A DNA stretch of 63,944 nt, filler included, from Octopus bimaculoides (taxonomy: Eukaryota), in assembly GCF_001194135.2 (NCBI RefSeq). It is 8 parts of 8 records of this genome, joined end to end, with 100 filler letters (N's around TTAATTAATTAA, not from the genome) between each part and the next. Parts side by side here need not be neighbours in the genome. Positions count along the whole stretch, not along the records: positions 61,964 to 63,944 come from NC_068984.1; 7 more parts are not named here. One strand, written 5' to 3'. This document shows, piece after piece, positions 63,739 through 63,944 of the stretch. Under the pieces are notes generated by a model. The model ran no database searches. It saw only the letters and a program-made list of their open reading frames with translations, and was not told where the DNA came from. The first letter of the stretch is position 1; each line of letters starts with the position of its first letter. Position numbers and translations under genes: made by a program.

Positions 63739-63895
63739 CTGTGAAGGCTTTCAGACGTTAACATCGGACCCATTAGATATTTCTGCCCATTCCAAGGGAA
63801 CCGTTTGTCGAACCGCAAAGTTAAGATACGTAATGGATACAATACAAAATACGACACCGGTTTTAGAATGTCGTAAACACAGTCACTATCATACA

Positions 63896-63944
<49 letters not shown>

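Overview
AT-rich, microsatellite-saturated animal genomic DNA from a gappy draft assembly (about 9 kb, roughly 14%, is N; seven 100-bp gaps carry an artificial TTAATTAATTAA six-frame-stop spacer). Repeat content and SINE types point to an octopus (coleoid cephalopod); this is inferred, not tested. Almost every ORF in the supplied track is an artefact of N runs or (TA)n/(CA)n/trinucleotide repeats. Host coding sequence is sparse. There is one clear first coding exon of an SLC22-type organic-ion transporter (56019-56339 +), one good coiled-coil exon of an unidentified gene (52241-52359 +), and a few weak candidate exons. The rest is transposon debris: four or five modular tRNA-derived SINE families, decayed LINEs (Tx1/L1, RTE, CR1/L2-like, two R4/Dong), several Penelope-like fragments, a full-length dead mariner, maT and Tigger remnants, TA-flanked MITEs and an intact non-autonomous Helitron. 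The best hunt results are: (i) five Penelope-type minimal hammerhead-ribozyme motifs, two of which share a non-canonical CUGU-N-GA core (A6 to U); (ii) a Penelope fragment whose homology ends exactly on the splice donor of the coiled-coil exon, which is phase-compatible with the SLC22 exon; (iii) a minisatellite amplified out of a SINE head; (iv) a 334-bp near-perfect foldback MITE. I found no evidence for a complete novel multi-gene system.
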